From: an uncultured euryarchaeote
Lineage (GTDB): Archaea; Thermoplasmatota; Poseidoniia; Poseidoniales; Poseidoniaceae
Length of the DNA: 64,000 nt
Reading direction: 5' to 3'
NCBI GenBank assembly: GCA_937899865.1
Contig: CALBRH010000065.1
Location: 1 to 64,000 of the forward strand
The notes beneath the pieces are model-generated. The model was not told where the DNA came from. It did no database searches and worked only from the letters and a program-made list of their open reading frames with translations. This document shows, in pieces, positions 26,569-36,225 of the stretch; within the stretch, counting starts at the first letter, position 1, and every line of letters starts with the position of its first letter. Both the position numbers and the translations under genes were made by a program.

Positions 26569-28437
26569 TTACAATTTAATATCTGCTGAAAAAGTGATTT
26601 TTTCGCTATTTTTTACTGCAACAAGAGCTGAGATATTGTGTTCATCACGCAACTTTTGTGGTGCTTCTGCAATCTTAACTTTTGTTTGAGCAATAGCAAT
26701 ATTTTGGCCACTAGAAACCTGGTAATCTCCATCTGGTAACCAAAATGCAACAACTCCAAGTTCACTATGTTGGCCCACGATTAAGGTTTCAGCATTATCT
26801 GTTGTAACTTGTCTAAGAACATTGAATGTAGCTGAACTTGGAAATACTTCACTTGCATCAATCCAGTTTTCTGAGGTCTCGAGTGGCTTAGCCATTACTT
26901 CTGCTTGCTTCTCGATTTCACTAATTTTTTTCTCGAACTCCTCTGAACTTGCTTGTTCAATGGTATTGATGTCATCAAGATATTTTCGAAGGCCATGATA
27001 TTGTTGAGAATCACTCTCTGTCAATGCATTGTTTGCTAAGACTAAGTATTCAGCTAATTTTTCTGTTAAATTAGAATCTTGACCGTCAATTGCGCATTCC
27101 ATCGCCTCATCAAGGACTTCAATCGCCAACCCAGCCTCATCCATTGCCAGCATGGTTTTACCAAGCAAAAACAGTTCTTGACCAGCCTTTACGATATCAT
27201 CACCAACCAATGTTTGAGCACTTGTAAGATGTTTATTTGCTACAGACTCATCACCATTTAAGAATCGAGCCATGCCTGCACAAACAACATAGCTAAGGCG
27301 TGGACTTTTTGTTGCCTGCGCTTGACGGTCTGCGGTTTCAAATAAATCCGCAGCTCTCTCCCATCTATTTCTCACCAAAGCAAGTAATCCAAGTTGATTG
27401 GTTGCCAACATTTCTGCTCCTTCGTCATCAATTAGTGTTGCATAGTGCAATGCTCTGGACAAATGGAGCCGAGCATCGATCAAGTTACCATTCATTTTTG
27501 CCAACATAGCAAGACAAGATTCCATTCTGTACAAATGTCCAGCCATTGCCCTATGGGCTATTTCTGCCATCTCTTCATCTAAGGGGGCCAGACCAAGACC
27601 AACTCTTTCAAGTACAGAACTTATTTTTTCAATTCCTTCAGCATATTTCTCATCAACAATTACTGAATCGCTTTTAGATATTTGATCAAGATATTCGTCA
27701 AGTTCACTAACAGGTTGGCAAATTTCAGGTAGACCGCCTAATGCGTTAATGTGAGATTTCTTTGGCACACCACCGAGTAAGAACTTTCTCAAAGCCCGAA
27801 TCAATTTCTGTTCTGAACTCTTTTCTTGCTGTGGTTCTGATGATTTTTCTTTAGGCTTGTTATCAATAAGTGAGTCTACCATCCAAGTTAATTTGGCTTG
27901 AATATCGTATTCATTTACTCTGCTGATAGCATAACGCATTTCGGCTGCCCTTGTCCGTCTAGATAAGCTTCTAAATCTCGATTTACATGCATTGGGTCCG
28001 GTTTCGGATAGCCTCTGTAAGAAGGTGGATGGTGGACATGTGGTGAAGCCAAGGTTGACTTTTTGGCTGGTAGTAGTCATTTTGAAATCATCAGTAACCA
28101 AGGTGACATCACGACCTTCCCTTGATAATTTACTAGCCAGTACCATTAGCGATAAATCAACATCTTGAGGGGCTGCTCTTTCACCGATTTGGCTTGCTAA
28201 ACCTTTAATCTGATCATCATCAACAGCAATTGTTGTCAGTATTGGCTTCATTTTATCAAGCAGATTAGGCTTGTTTTTCCATCTTTGAAATCGTACAGTT
28301 CTAACTTCATTATGCACTCCTGGAGTTACGAATATGCCTTCCGGGATGCTCTTCGATAAATCTTCAATTAAGTTGTCTTGAGCCATTGAACCCATATGAA
28401 TGAAACAATTTGAGTCCACAACCCAAGTAGTTGCCAT
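26569..28437 (-). CDS. NOB1-like PIN nuclease domain fused to TPR-like helical repeats
   Basis: WVVDSNCFI, HNEV, QDVDLSLMVLA and LVTDDF give the acidic tetrad, followed by TPR-like repeats (ARLHLSRAL, AADLFETA, AIEVLDEAM). ATG 28437 preferred. Confidence 0.7.
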   Translation of the reverse strand: MATTWVVDSNCFIHMGSMAQDNLIEDLSKSIPEGIFVTPGVHNEVRTVRFQRWKNKPNLLDKMKPILTTIAVDDDQIKGLASQIGERAAPQDVDLSLMVLASKLSREGRDVTLVTDDFKMTTTSQKVNLGFTTCPPSTFLQRLSETGPNACKSRFRSLSRRTRAAEMRYAISRVNEYDIQAKLTWMVDSLIDNKPKEKSSEPQQEKSSEQKLIRALRKFLLGGVPKKSHINALGGLPEICQPVSELDEYLDQISKSDSVIVDEKYAEGIEKISSVLERVGLGLAPLDEEMAEIAHRAMAGHLYRMESCLAMLAKMNGNLIDARLHLSRALHYATLIDDEGAEMLATNQLGLLALVRNRWERAADLFETADRQAQATKSPRLSYVVCAGMARFLNGDESVANKHLTSAQTLVGDDIVKAGQELFLLGKTMLAMDEAGLAIEVLDEAMECAIDGQDSNLTEKLAEYLVLANNALTESDSQQYHGLRKYLDDINTIEQASSEEFEKKISEIEKQAEVMAKPLETSENWIDASEVFPSSATFNVLRQVTTDNAETLIVGQHSELGVVAFWLPDGDYQVSSGQNIAIAQTKVKIAEAPQKLRDEHNISALVAVKNSEKITFSADIKL

Positions 28438-28549
28438 AGACAGACCAAGGAGAGTCATTGATTGAGGTTTACGCTGATAAGCCGCATAACCGAGAACATA
28501 AGCCGTTACAACCAAAAGAATCAGACTACTGGCATATACTGGTGGAGAT

Positions 28550-28954
28550 ATGAGTTCAAAAGATTCAAAGTCCAGAGATTTTGACCATCTTATAGAACAA
28601 AACTCTACTGAACTATCCTTCTTGTCAGCCTATGGTGGCTTGACTAGTGATACTGCGGATTCCACAGGTATATTTTCTGCAATCAAGCGATTTTTGGCAG
28701 CAGGCGGAGTGGAATTTTCTGAATCTAAAGAAAAATTAGAATTTGAATTTGGCTATGTCAAGATTGTTGATAATGGCGTCAAGGTGCACGTTAAAGGTAA
28801 GTCACTCCCATTAGTTGCAAGTGATTTAACCCAAGCTGGATTTGTTGATGGTAAGTTGCCAGCCCGTCGCGGGTCTTGCACAGTTACCTTGCAGGATTGG
28901 GATATTGAACAGCGTCGATTTGTTGAGCGTATAGTCGAACATTTGTGCCGTTAA
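28550..28954 (+). CDS. Hypothetical protein
   Basis: GGAGA before ATG, 134 aa, 4-nt convergent overlap with the next gene. Confidence 0.6.
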   Translation: MSSKDSKSRDFDHLIEQNSTELSFLSAYGGLTSDTADSTGIFSAIKRFLAAGGVEFSESKEKLEFEFGYVKIVDNGVKVHVKGKSLPLVASDLTQAGFVDGKLPARRGSCTVTLQDWDIEQRRFVERIVEHLCR

Positions 28955-29481
28955 GACTCCATTTCCCACAACTCATCGCCAAACCAATGCAAAGTTTTGA
29001 TGCCTTTGCCTTTACTTGCTTCAGCCATTTCACTACCGGCCATAATTGACCAACCGATCGCTAATGGTTTTTTATGAGTCATATCTCTAATCCAGACCAA
29101 CTCTCCTTTCTCAATAGTCTCATCAGCAGCTTGAACTCCTGCTACCATACAATCAGCACCATTCATCAAAAACGGTATTGCACCATGGTCAACTTCAACC
29201 CATTTTGCCGCATCATTATGTTCGAGAAATCCTCGGAGTGTTAAGAAAGCGAAACGTTCATTGTCATCATTTTTGACCTCGATTGCTATGGCCACCTTGT
29301 TAACAAATACCATCTGCCATGGACCATATTCTGCCATTTCAAGAAACGCACCATCAACCGAAAGGTCAATTCCCAGTGATTGTTCAAGTGCCTTTAGCAA
29401 TGGGGCAATATGTTTTCTGCGCACCGGACGTCGCTTTCGGATACTCCAATCCTTGCTCATCATGGGGGCCTCTTTGTACAA
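28951..29481 (-). CDS. PUA-domain RNA-binding protein (DUF1947/MCT-1-like)
   Basis: FLTLRG...VEVDHGAIPFLMNGADCMVAGV...KPLAIG...KGKGIKTLHWFGDELW. The start is probably ATG 29463 or 29460. Confidence 0.88.
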   Translation of the reverse strand: MYKEAPMMSKDWSIRKRRPVRRKHIAPLLKALEQSLGIDLSVDGAFLEMAEYGPWQMVFVNKVAIAIEVKNDDNERFAFLTLRGFLEHNDAAKWVEVDHGAIPFLMNGADCMVAGVQAADETIEKGELVWIRDMTHKKPLAIGWSIMAGSEMAEASKGKGIKTLHWFGDELWEMES

Positions 29482-29505
29482 GTCTTTGACAGTTATCGCT
29501 AGCGA

Positions 29506-30141
29506 GTGATTGATGAGCCGGTTAATACTGGCAGTAGCATGGCTCTATGGTGTTCAATCCGCACATTTGCTAAACATGCCAAAGAATTGGGTAACGAGCA
29601 ACCTACAGAGCCAGTATTTTTTGTTAAACCCAATAATTGCATACAACGTAGTGGCCCAATACAAGTCTCCGCACATCCTGGAAGCGTCCATCATGAAATT
29701 GAATGTGTCATCAAATTAGGTAATGATTTGCAACCAGAAGCAATTGCAGTAGGATTGGATTTAACCGATCGAGAAACTCAGTCACAACTGCGTACAGATC
29801 AACTACCTTGGTCAAAAGGCAAGTGTTTCAAAGGCAGTGGAGTAATTGGAGGATTGCATCCTTTTACAGGTGATTTTGATGAAATTTGTAATGGCCAATT
29901 CTCACTCAAGTTATTGGTCAATGGTGAACTTCGCCAATCAGCAAATCTCTCGTCAATGAGCATATCTCCAAGCCAACAAATGACCAGCTTGCAATCATGG
30001 GCGCCGGTAATGGCTGGTGATTTTTTATTCACAGGGACTCCTTCAGGAGTGGCTCAATTATTTGCTGGCGACAAGGTAGAAGCGATACTTGAAATGATTG
30101 ATGGCACGATAATTTCTCAGATAATCACAGTATGTGAATGA
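29506..30141 (+). CDS. Fumarylacetoacetate hydrolase family protein
   Basis: RTFAKHAKEL, PVFFVKP, HHEIE, GLDLTDR, WSKGKCF, GDFLFTGTPSGV. Confidence 0.9.
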   Translation: MIDEPVNTGSSMALWCSIRTFAKHAKELGNEQPTEPVFFVKPNNCIQRSGPIQVSAHPGSVHHEIECVIKLGNDLQPEAIAVGLDLTDRETQSQLRTDQLPWSKGKCFKGSGVIGGLHPFTGDFDEICNGQFSLKLLVNGELRQSANLSSMSISPSQQMTSLQSWAPVMAGDFLFTGTPSGVAQLFAGDKVEAILEMIDGTIISQIITVCE

Positions 30142-30196
30142 GGGTTGCTTTCATATATGCCTCGCCAGTCGGTGTGTTCTGCAAGGAGACAACACA

Positions 30197-30577
30197 ATGG
30201 CTCAATGGCATGGAATTTCACGCAGAAAACCAAGTGGTGGAAGATTGGTAAAGGCTCGCGGTAAGCGCTCTACTGAAATCTCTACAGAAAAGCAAATCGC
30301 TCAAATTGGAGAGCCAAAGAGAAAGATTTACCGCAGAACTGGCGGTAATACTCTAGTTCGTGTTCTATCTGAAAATAGAGTCTCAATCAATGACCCAAAG
30401 ACTGGAAAGACCACAATGGGAACTATTGAGAATGTTGTTGAGAACGAATCAGACCCTAACTATGTGCGTCGAAACGTACTGGTCAAGGGTGCTATCATCG
30501 AAACCGACAAAGGTCGTGTTCGAGTTACTTCTCGTCCAGGTAAGGACGGTGTCATCAACGGCGTGCTAATCGAGTGA
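30197..30577 (+). CDS. rps8e: 30S ribosomal protein S8e
   Basis: MAQWHGISRRKPSGG...YVRRNVLVKGAII...TSRPGKDGVING, with an AGGAG RBS. Confidence 0.96.
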   Translation: MAQWHGISRRKPSGGRLVKARGKRSTEISTEKQIAQIGEPKRKIYRRTGGNTLVRVLSENRVSINDPKTGKTTMGTIENVVENESDPNYVRRNVLVKGAIIETDKGRVRVTSRPGKDGVINGVLIE

Positions 30578-30611
30578 ACGCAGGTTGCGTTCTTTGCGCC
30601 AAGGTGAAACA

Positions 30612-31079
30612 ATGGACCACAATCCTGACCGAATTTGTGTTTGGCCTGGATATTTTGATGCCAAGACTTCACGTCGTAGTGGTCGCAGAGTTCCAAGAGA
30701 TTCTTCAGTTCTAAAACCTGATCTTGAAGGATTATTCTATGCTGCAAGACGAGTTGGTTTAAAGAAAATCAAGCGTGAGGAGAATATTTCTCATCCAAAG
30801 AGGCCATATGGTAAAGAAGGCAGATTATGGGTTTCACGCTCAGGTGCCAAACAATCTATTGGTGCTAGCAATAAAGAAGAATTGCTCCAAATGATTGGTG
30901 GTCAATGGCGCCAAATACAAAAAGATGCCAAAGAAAACGAAGCACAGAGAGTTGCTGAAGGTCCTAAAACTGGTGATAAGCGAGGACGTTCTCAACGAAA
31001 ATCACGTGGACAAAAATCATCTGGACAACAAAAATCACGGTCAAGTTTCAAGAAGCGTTCAGGCTTCAAGAAGCGTTAA
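30612..31079 (+). CDS. srp19: Signal recognition particle subunit SRP19 with basic C-terminal extension
   Basis: VWPGYFDAKTSRRSGRRVP and HPKRPYGKEGRL. An AGGTGA RBS precedes ATG 30612. Confidence 0.88.
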   Translation: MDHNPDRICVWPGYFDAKTSRRSGRRVPRDSSVLKPDLEGLFYAARRVGLKKIKREENISHPKRPYGKEGRLWVSRSGAKQSIGASNKEELLQMIGGQWRQIQKDAKENEAQRVAEGPKTGDKRGRSQRKSRGQKSSGQQKSRSSFKKRSGFKKR

Positions 31080-32099
31080 TCAAAGCGGTACTTCGTGCAG
31101 CCAACCGAAGATATCTTCTTCAGTTTCATTTTGAATTCCAACCAACTGATTGTATAATCTCTCAGTCATTGGGCCAGGCTTTCCATCACCATAAGTGGCT
31201 TTGACATCGCCTTTAGTAATCGAGCCAATCGGTGAGATAACAGCTGCAGTTCCGCAACAGAAAGCCTCATCTGCACTCATAGCAAATTCAGCAGTAACTT
31301 TAGTTTCATGCACTTCTATTCCAGCATGTCGAGCAAGTTGAATAATACTGTCACGAGTTATTCCAGGTAAAATTGTACCAGTTAACTCAGGCGTATACAA
31401 TACACCATCTTTGACGCAGAAGAAGTTAGCAGCACCTACTTCTTCGATACAAGTATGAGTTTCAGCGTCCAAGTAAATTATCTCAGCATAGCCTTTTGAT
31501 TTAGCATCCTTGCTTGGCATCATACCAGGTGCATAGTTGCCAATTGCTTTGACTCCACCAGAGCCACCGGGTGCAGCTCTGTGATAAATATCTGAAATTA
31601 GTAAATCAATCGTTTTCACTCCACCTTTGAAGTAAGGGCCAACAGGAGTGACATAGACTAAGAATCGATAAGATGGAGCAGGTGCAACACCTAGAATTGG
31701 ACCAGAACCCATCAGCAGAGGCCGTACATACATTGCACCTCTGCCCATTGGCGGCAACCATCTAAGATTTGCTTGTACACATTGTTCAACCGCATCGACA
31801 AATATTGATTCTGGTACTGGAGGCATTTTCAATCGATCTGCTCCTCGCTGCATTCGTCGAGCATTTTCTTCAGGTCTAAAGAAAACTACTCGGTTCTTGG
31901 ATGTACGATAAGCTTTCATTCCTTCGAATAATCCTTGGCCATAATTCAATACTCCAGCCGCTGGAGAGATTTTCATATCACCATATGGTAATAAATCGCC
32001 TGGCATCCATGCATCGTCTATACCGGTTTCAGTGATATACATAGTATCGGTTGGAGTTAGGGAAAAGGTTAGACTATCCCAGTCAATTTCCTCACTCAT
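31080..32099 (-). CDS. ilvE: Branched-chain amino acid aminotransferase (class IV PLP)
   Basis: LNYGQGLFEGMKAY, VKAIGNY (PLP Lys), EVGAANFF, ILPGITRDS, CGTAAVISPI. Confidence 0.95.
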   Translation of the reverse strand: MSEEIDWDSLTFSLTPTDTMYITETGIDDAWMPGDLLPYGDMKISPAAGVLNYGQGLFEGMKAYRTSKNRVVFFRPEENARRMQRGADRLKMPPVPESIFVDAVEQCVQANLRWLPPMGRGAMYVRPLLMGSGPILGVAPAPSYRFLVYVTPVGPYFKGGVKTIDLLISDIYHRAAPGGSGGVKAIGNYAPGMMPSKDAKSKGYAEIIYLDAETHTCIEEVGAANFFCVKDGVLYTPELTGTILPGITRDSIIQLARHAGIEVHETKVTAEFAMSADEAFCCGTAAVISPIGSITKGDVKATYGDGKPGPMTERLYNQLVGIQNETEEDIFGWLHEVPL

Positions 32100-32227
32100 G
32101 ATATACCCTCGGCATTTTTAGCCATAGAAATTCGGCTTTCAATCATTACTGTCAAATGCGACAAGGAAAATTGCCATTTCTCGAGTAAATATCATTACTT
32201 ATCCTCGACTCGATATTTCTGTTTAGC

Positions 32228-32911
32228 ATGAATATTGAGCAACTTTCGAGTCAACTTTCGTTGAAACTCGAAGAACTTGGCTTCTCTGCTGCAATACCTA
32301 TTGCTTTACTCTCTGCTCTACTTTTTACACAAGGTTATCGAAGGTTACAAATTGTAACATTGATGGTAGGCGGGGCGATTGGTTATGTGCTTGCACCAGA
32401 AATTATTCCGGTTGTAAATGAATTAGGGCTAGCACTAAATCCTCTACAAATTACTGCAATTGTTTGTTTCGCTTTCGGTTTAATACTTTCAACTTCGGTT
32501 CTTCTTTCAGCCCGCTTACTTACTTCAGCATTTATTTTCATCACTTTTTCAACTGGAATTGAGACATTGAATAACTATGGTTTTGATGTTGAGCGTAGTG
32601 AGTTATGGAGCGGTATTGCCGCATTATTTGCGTTATTTTTTACGATGGGAATTAACAAAATGCTTCCAGCGGTTTTCTCTGCAATTTTTGCCGCATACGG
32701 TTTTGTTATTGCCGGATTATTATTCACTGGTAATCAATTAACTATCTATGAGCCAGTTGATGTAAAGACCTTTGTCTTGATATTGCCATTAGCGATTTTT
32801 TCATTGATGTTACAAAATATGGACAAAGCAAAACAAGAAGAAAAAGAACTTGCCAAATATGATACAGACCCTAAAACAATTGAAACCCAACAACATTTTT
32901 TGAAACTGTAA
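32228..32911 (+). CDS. Integral membrane protein (DUF4203-like, tentative)
   Basis: About 7 hydrophobic segments with small-residue GxxxG patterns. Confidence 0.65.
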   Translation: MNIEQLSSQLSLKLEELGFSAAIPIALLSALLFTQGYRRLQIVTLMVGGAIGYVLAPEIIPVVNELGLALNPLQITAIVCFAFGLILSTSVLLSARLLTSAFIFITFSTGIETLNNYGFDVERSELWSGIAALFALFFTMGINKMLPAVFSAIFAAYGFVIAGLLFTGNQLTIYEPVDVKTFVLILPLAIFSLMLQNMDKAKQEEKELAKYDTDPKTIETQQHFLKL

Positions 32912-32968
32912 TCAATTGAAACAATTTGTAGGAAAAATGTTGATAATCTTTCGTACTGTACGAACGAC

Positions 32969-35900
32969 ATGCGCACCGGCCACGTAAAGAGAATAAGAGA
33001 GTTAAGAGAAGAAGATGCGGTAAGCCCAGTTATTGCAACCATATTGATGGTAGCAATTACAGTAGTACTTGCTGGAACATTATACGTTTGGGCAGCAAAC
33101 CTCGCTGAATCAAATACAGATGGAGATTTAGATTTGTATACTTTTGATAGTAATGATGCTGCAGGTTCGCCATCTACGGCCGCAGATGACAATCTTGCCA
33201 TCACTACGATGACCCAAGGTGAAAGCATTGGTTGGGCTAGTCTGGCAGTCTCAGTTTCAGTCGATGGTGCAGCAGCAGTACAGTGTGCGCTTCCGGGTCA
33301 GACTGATGGCGCCTGCATAGTCGTTGAAAGCGAAACTAACGATGGTGGCGTTTGGTCAATGGGCGAAGATATTACGATTCAAGAAAATGGAGTTGATTTG
33401 TGTAATGCCGCATTATGTGATTTGTCAATAACTATCACGAATGTTCGTGCAGGCAAGTCACTTGGAACAACAACAACTGTTAGCGAACAAGGAGGTTCTT
33501 TAGTAGCATTGCCAAGAATGGCTACCCAAACCATAGGTGCAGACGGTGGCTCAATATCTATTCAAGGTGCAACCATTACTATTCCAGCCGGAGCACTTGC
33601 AGCTGATACTGAATTGACATTCGAAGCATTAACTGCAGCAGATGTTAACGACCAAGATGTTAGTGGCTACGATATCCCAACCACTTTCCTGAAACTCACA
33701 CCTCATGGTACAACTTTCTCACAACCTGTTACTGTAACTATCGCAGCAACATCTGGCATGCCAGACAACCCAACAATCTATACCAAGGCTAATGATAACG
33801 CAGAGTGGGAAGAATTTAACGACCAAATCACCGTCAATACCAATACAATTACTTTCCAGATTTACAGTTTTAGTTACTATTTCGGTACTGATGCAACACC
33901 TGATGATGTTCCAAGAATCTCTTACTGGTGGGGTAAGGTAAACCAACATATTGAGAATGGCCAGTGGACTACTGACCCAGACGGCTCATCCGGTGCAAAC
34001 TTAGACATGTTACAATATTGTCAAAAGTGGTATCCAGATACCGTATCAGTAGTTGAACTACCAGAGCGTGAAGCAATCGTATTCTATAATGCTGGTAACA
34101 ATGGATATTTCCCGACTATCAAGCCAGTATTCGAATGTGTACAACCAGATGATGGAACAGGTGGCGGTGGCTCTGGCGGTGGCGATCCAAATGCCTGTTG
34201 GGTTTGGGCAGATTGTATGGCTGGGGGGTATTGCCTGAATGGCGTCTGCGTTTATGACGACCAAGATATGGATGGTATACCAGATGACCAAGACAACTGT
34301 CCAACCAACGCTAATGCTGACCAAGCAAACGCAGATGGTGATGTGTATGGAGATGCCTGTGATGCATATCCAAATACCAATTTTGATCCAGACGATCCTT
34401 GTACTAGCGAATTCAATCCTGTGTGTGGTATTGACGGAAATACCTATGGTAATCCATGCGAAGCAATGAAAGCTAATGTTCAAGTTGATTACAACGGACA
34501 ATGTGGCAACTGCGTTCCAGATTGCGCAGGTTGTGAATGTGGCGATGATGGCTGTGGCGGTAGTTGTGGAACTTGTTCAAATGGAGAAATATGTAACTAT
34601 AACCAGATTTGCGTAGAATGTACTTCTGATGCAGTTTGTCCATCAGGTACTCCTCTATGTAATCCGACTGGTGAATGTGTAGAGTGCACAAGCAATGCTT
34701 GGTGCGCTACTGGTTATTGTGTTGATTATGAATGTGTGGATTGCATGACTGATGCAGACTGTCCATCAGGCATGATGTGTGATGGTAATGGCGAGTGTGG
34801 CACAGGCTATTCTCCTACTCATTACATCGACATCGAAAATATGGAATTTGGTGATAGTGTTGATGCCATGCTCGCCACAGATGTGGCTTGGGGAGACGTT
34901 GATGGTGATGGCGACCTTGATTTGGCTATTAGTGGCGATGGCTCTGATGGTTCTAAGACGAAATTATACATTAATGACGGAACCACTCTATCTACTACGC
35001 CAATTTGGGAAATCGGTGGTACCTCAAGTGAATCGTTCTATGGATTAGATTGGGGTGATTTGGATGGTGATGGTGATTTAGACCTTGCATTAGCGAATTC
35101 CCAAGGTTCAAACCAAGTCTACCTAAATACTGGAACAACGCTCGATACAACTCCTGCATGGTCGAACAATGGTCCTTCCTTCGACGTTAAATGGGGAGAC
35201 ATCGATGGTGATGGAGATCTGGACTTAGCGTTTGCTAATATTGCTGGTCCAGATGAAGTGTTTTTGAACAATGGCAATAGTCTATCATCAACACCATATT
35301 GGACAAGTCCAACTAATGGTGGGTCAATGGAAATCGAGTGGGGCGACCTTAATGGAGACGGTGCGCTTGATTTAGTAGTTGGATATTCGAATCTTGCCAC
35401 TGAGATTTTCTACAACCTTGGTACTACATTAGATACTAATGTTGGTTGGACACCGAACATTGCATATGATTCTTTTAACGTTGAATTAGGAGATATTGAC
35501 GGCGATGGAGATTTAGACATCGTATTAGGCCATAATTCTGGTAAAATTACCATGCACAAAAACTTAGGCAGTTCAATCGATACTAATCCAGCATGGACAT
35601 ATCAACACGGTTCCAGCATAGCCGTTTATTGGGCACTTGACTTATCCTCCGATGGGAAATTATTGACTGGCGGATATTCGGTCGGCATAGTCGAGATATT
35701 CGAACCAGATATGATGCAACACGGAAACCAAATTTGGGGTAACTCACCTGATATACAAATCCAAGATGGCAATACTACATATGGCATGGCTTGGGCTGAT
35801 ATTGATGGTGATAGCGACTTAGATTTTGCAATGGCTCGCAATACAGGCGGTAATCAATTGGCACCAGAGATATATATATTCACACAAATAAACTACAACA

Positions 35901-36160
35901 CAAATGAAGTGGGTTATGTTGGTAGCTGGTCAAACACAATAATCATTTCTGGTTCTGACACAATTGTTTGGATGAATCTAGATTCCGTCACTCATAGTGT
36001 AAAGGAAGGCACTCCGACAGGTAGCCCGCTTTTCTATTCAGGTGATTTAACAAATGGTCAAACATACTCATGGACATTTTCAGAATCACAAAGTAGGGTT
36101 ATCACTTACATTTGTTTGCAGCATAATTCTATGATTGGTACTATCATCATTAGTATTTGA
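32969..36160 (+). CDS. Giant mosaic type IV pilin-like adhesin (Pilin_N, ZU5, TSP3, Kazal, Cys-rich repeats, FG-GAP propeller, cupredoxin)
   Basis: Class III signal EEDA/VSPVIATILMVAITVVLAG; ZU5-like TIGADGGSI...TPHGTTFSQPV; CTSEFNPVCGIDGNTYGNPC; six GDxDGDGDLD-type repeats; H...YICLQHNSM. Confidence 0.85.
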   Translation: MRTGHVKRIRELREEDAVSPVIATILMVAITVVLAGTLYVWAANLAESNTDGDLDLYTFDSNDAAGSPSTAADDNLAITTMTQGESIGWASLAVSVSVDGAAAVQCALPGQTDGACIVVESETNDGGVWSMGEDITIQENGVDLCNAALCDLSITITNVRAGKSLGTTTTVSEQGGSLVALPRMATQTIGADGGSISIQGATITIPAGALAADTELTFEALTAADVNDQDVSGYDIPTTFLKLTPHGTTFSQPVTVTIAATSGMPDNPTIYTKANDNAEWEEFNDQITVNTNTITFQIYSFSYYFGTDATPDDVPRISYWWGKVNQHIENGQWTTDPDGSSGANLDMLQYCQKWYPDTVSVVELPEREAIVFYNAGNNGYFPTIKPVFECVQPDDGTGGGGSGGGDPNACWVWADCMAGGYCLNGVCVYDDQDMDGIPDDQDNCPTNANADQANADGDVYGDACDAYPNTNFDPDDPCTSEFNPVCGIDGNTYGNPCEAMKANVQVDYNGQCGNCVPDCAGCECGDDGCGGSCGTCSNGEICNYNQICVECTSDAVCPSGTPLCNPTGECVECTSNAWCATGYCVDYECVDCMTDADCPSGMMCDGNGECGTGYSPTHYIDIENMEFGDSVDAMLATDVAWGDVDGDGDLDLAISGDGSDGSKTKLYINDGTTLSTTPIWEIGGTSSESFYGLDWGDLDGDGDLDLALANSQGSNQVYLNTGTTLDTTPAWSNNGPSFDVKWGDIDGDGDLDLAFANIAGPDEVFLNNGNSLSSTPYWTSPTNGGSMEIEWGDLNGDGALDLVVGYSNLATEIFYNLGTTLDTNVGWTPNIAYDSFNVELGDIDGDGDLDIVLGHNSGKITMHKNLGSSIDTNPAWTYQHGSSIAVYWALDLSSDGKLLTGGYSVGIVEIFEPDMMQHGNQIWGNSPDIQIQDGNTTYGMAWADIDGDSDLDFAMARNTGGNQLAPEIYIFTQINYNTNEVGYVGSWSNTIIISGSDTIVWMNLDSVTHSVKEGTPTGSPLFYSGDLTNGQTYSWTFSESQSRVITYICLQHNSMIGTIIISI

Positions 36161-36225
36161 GACTAATTATGAATCAATACGAAGGGCAATAACAGGGCTG
36201 TGCCCTGTAGTGTTTGGGCAGAGCC

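Noticed and set aside
30173-30196. TGTGTT/AACACA stem enclosing the rps8e SD
   Set aside because: The likely TATA (30149-30158) puts the TSS within or after the 5' arm, so the stem is probably not transcribed.
35870-35879. (AT)5 run before the cupredoxin domain, and G7 at 1168-1174, as phase-variation tracts
   Set aside because: Both are too short to be distinguished from chance, and the frames are intact.
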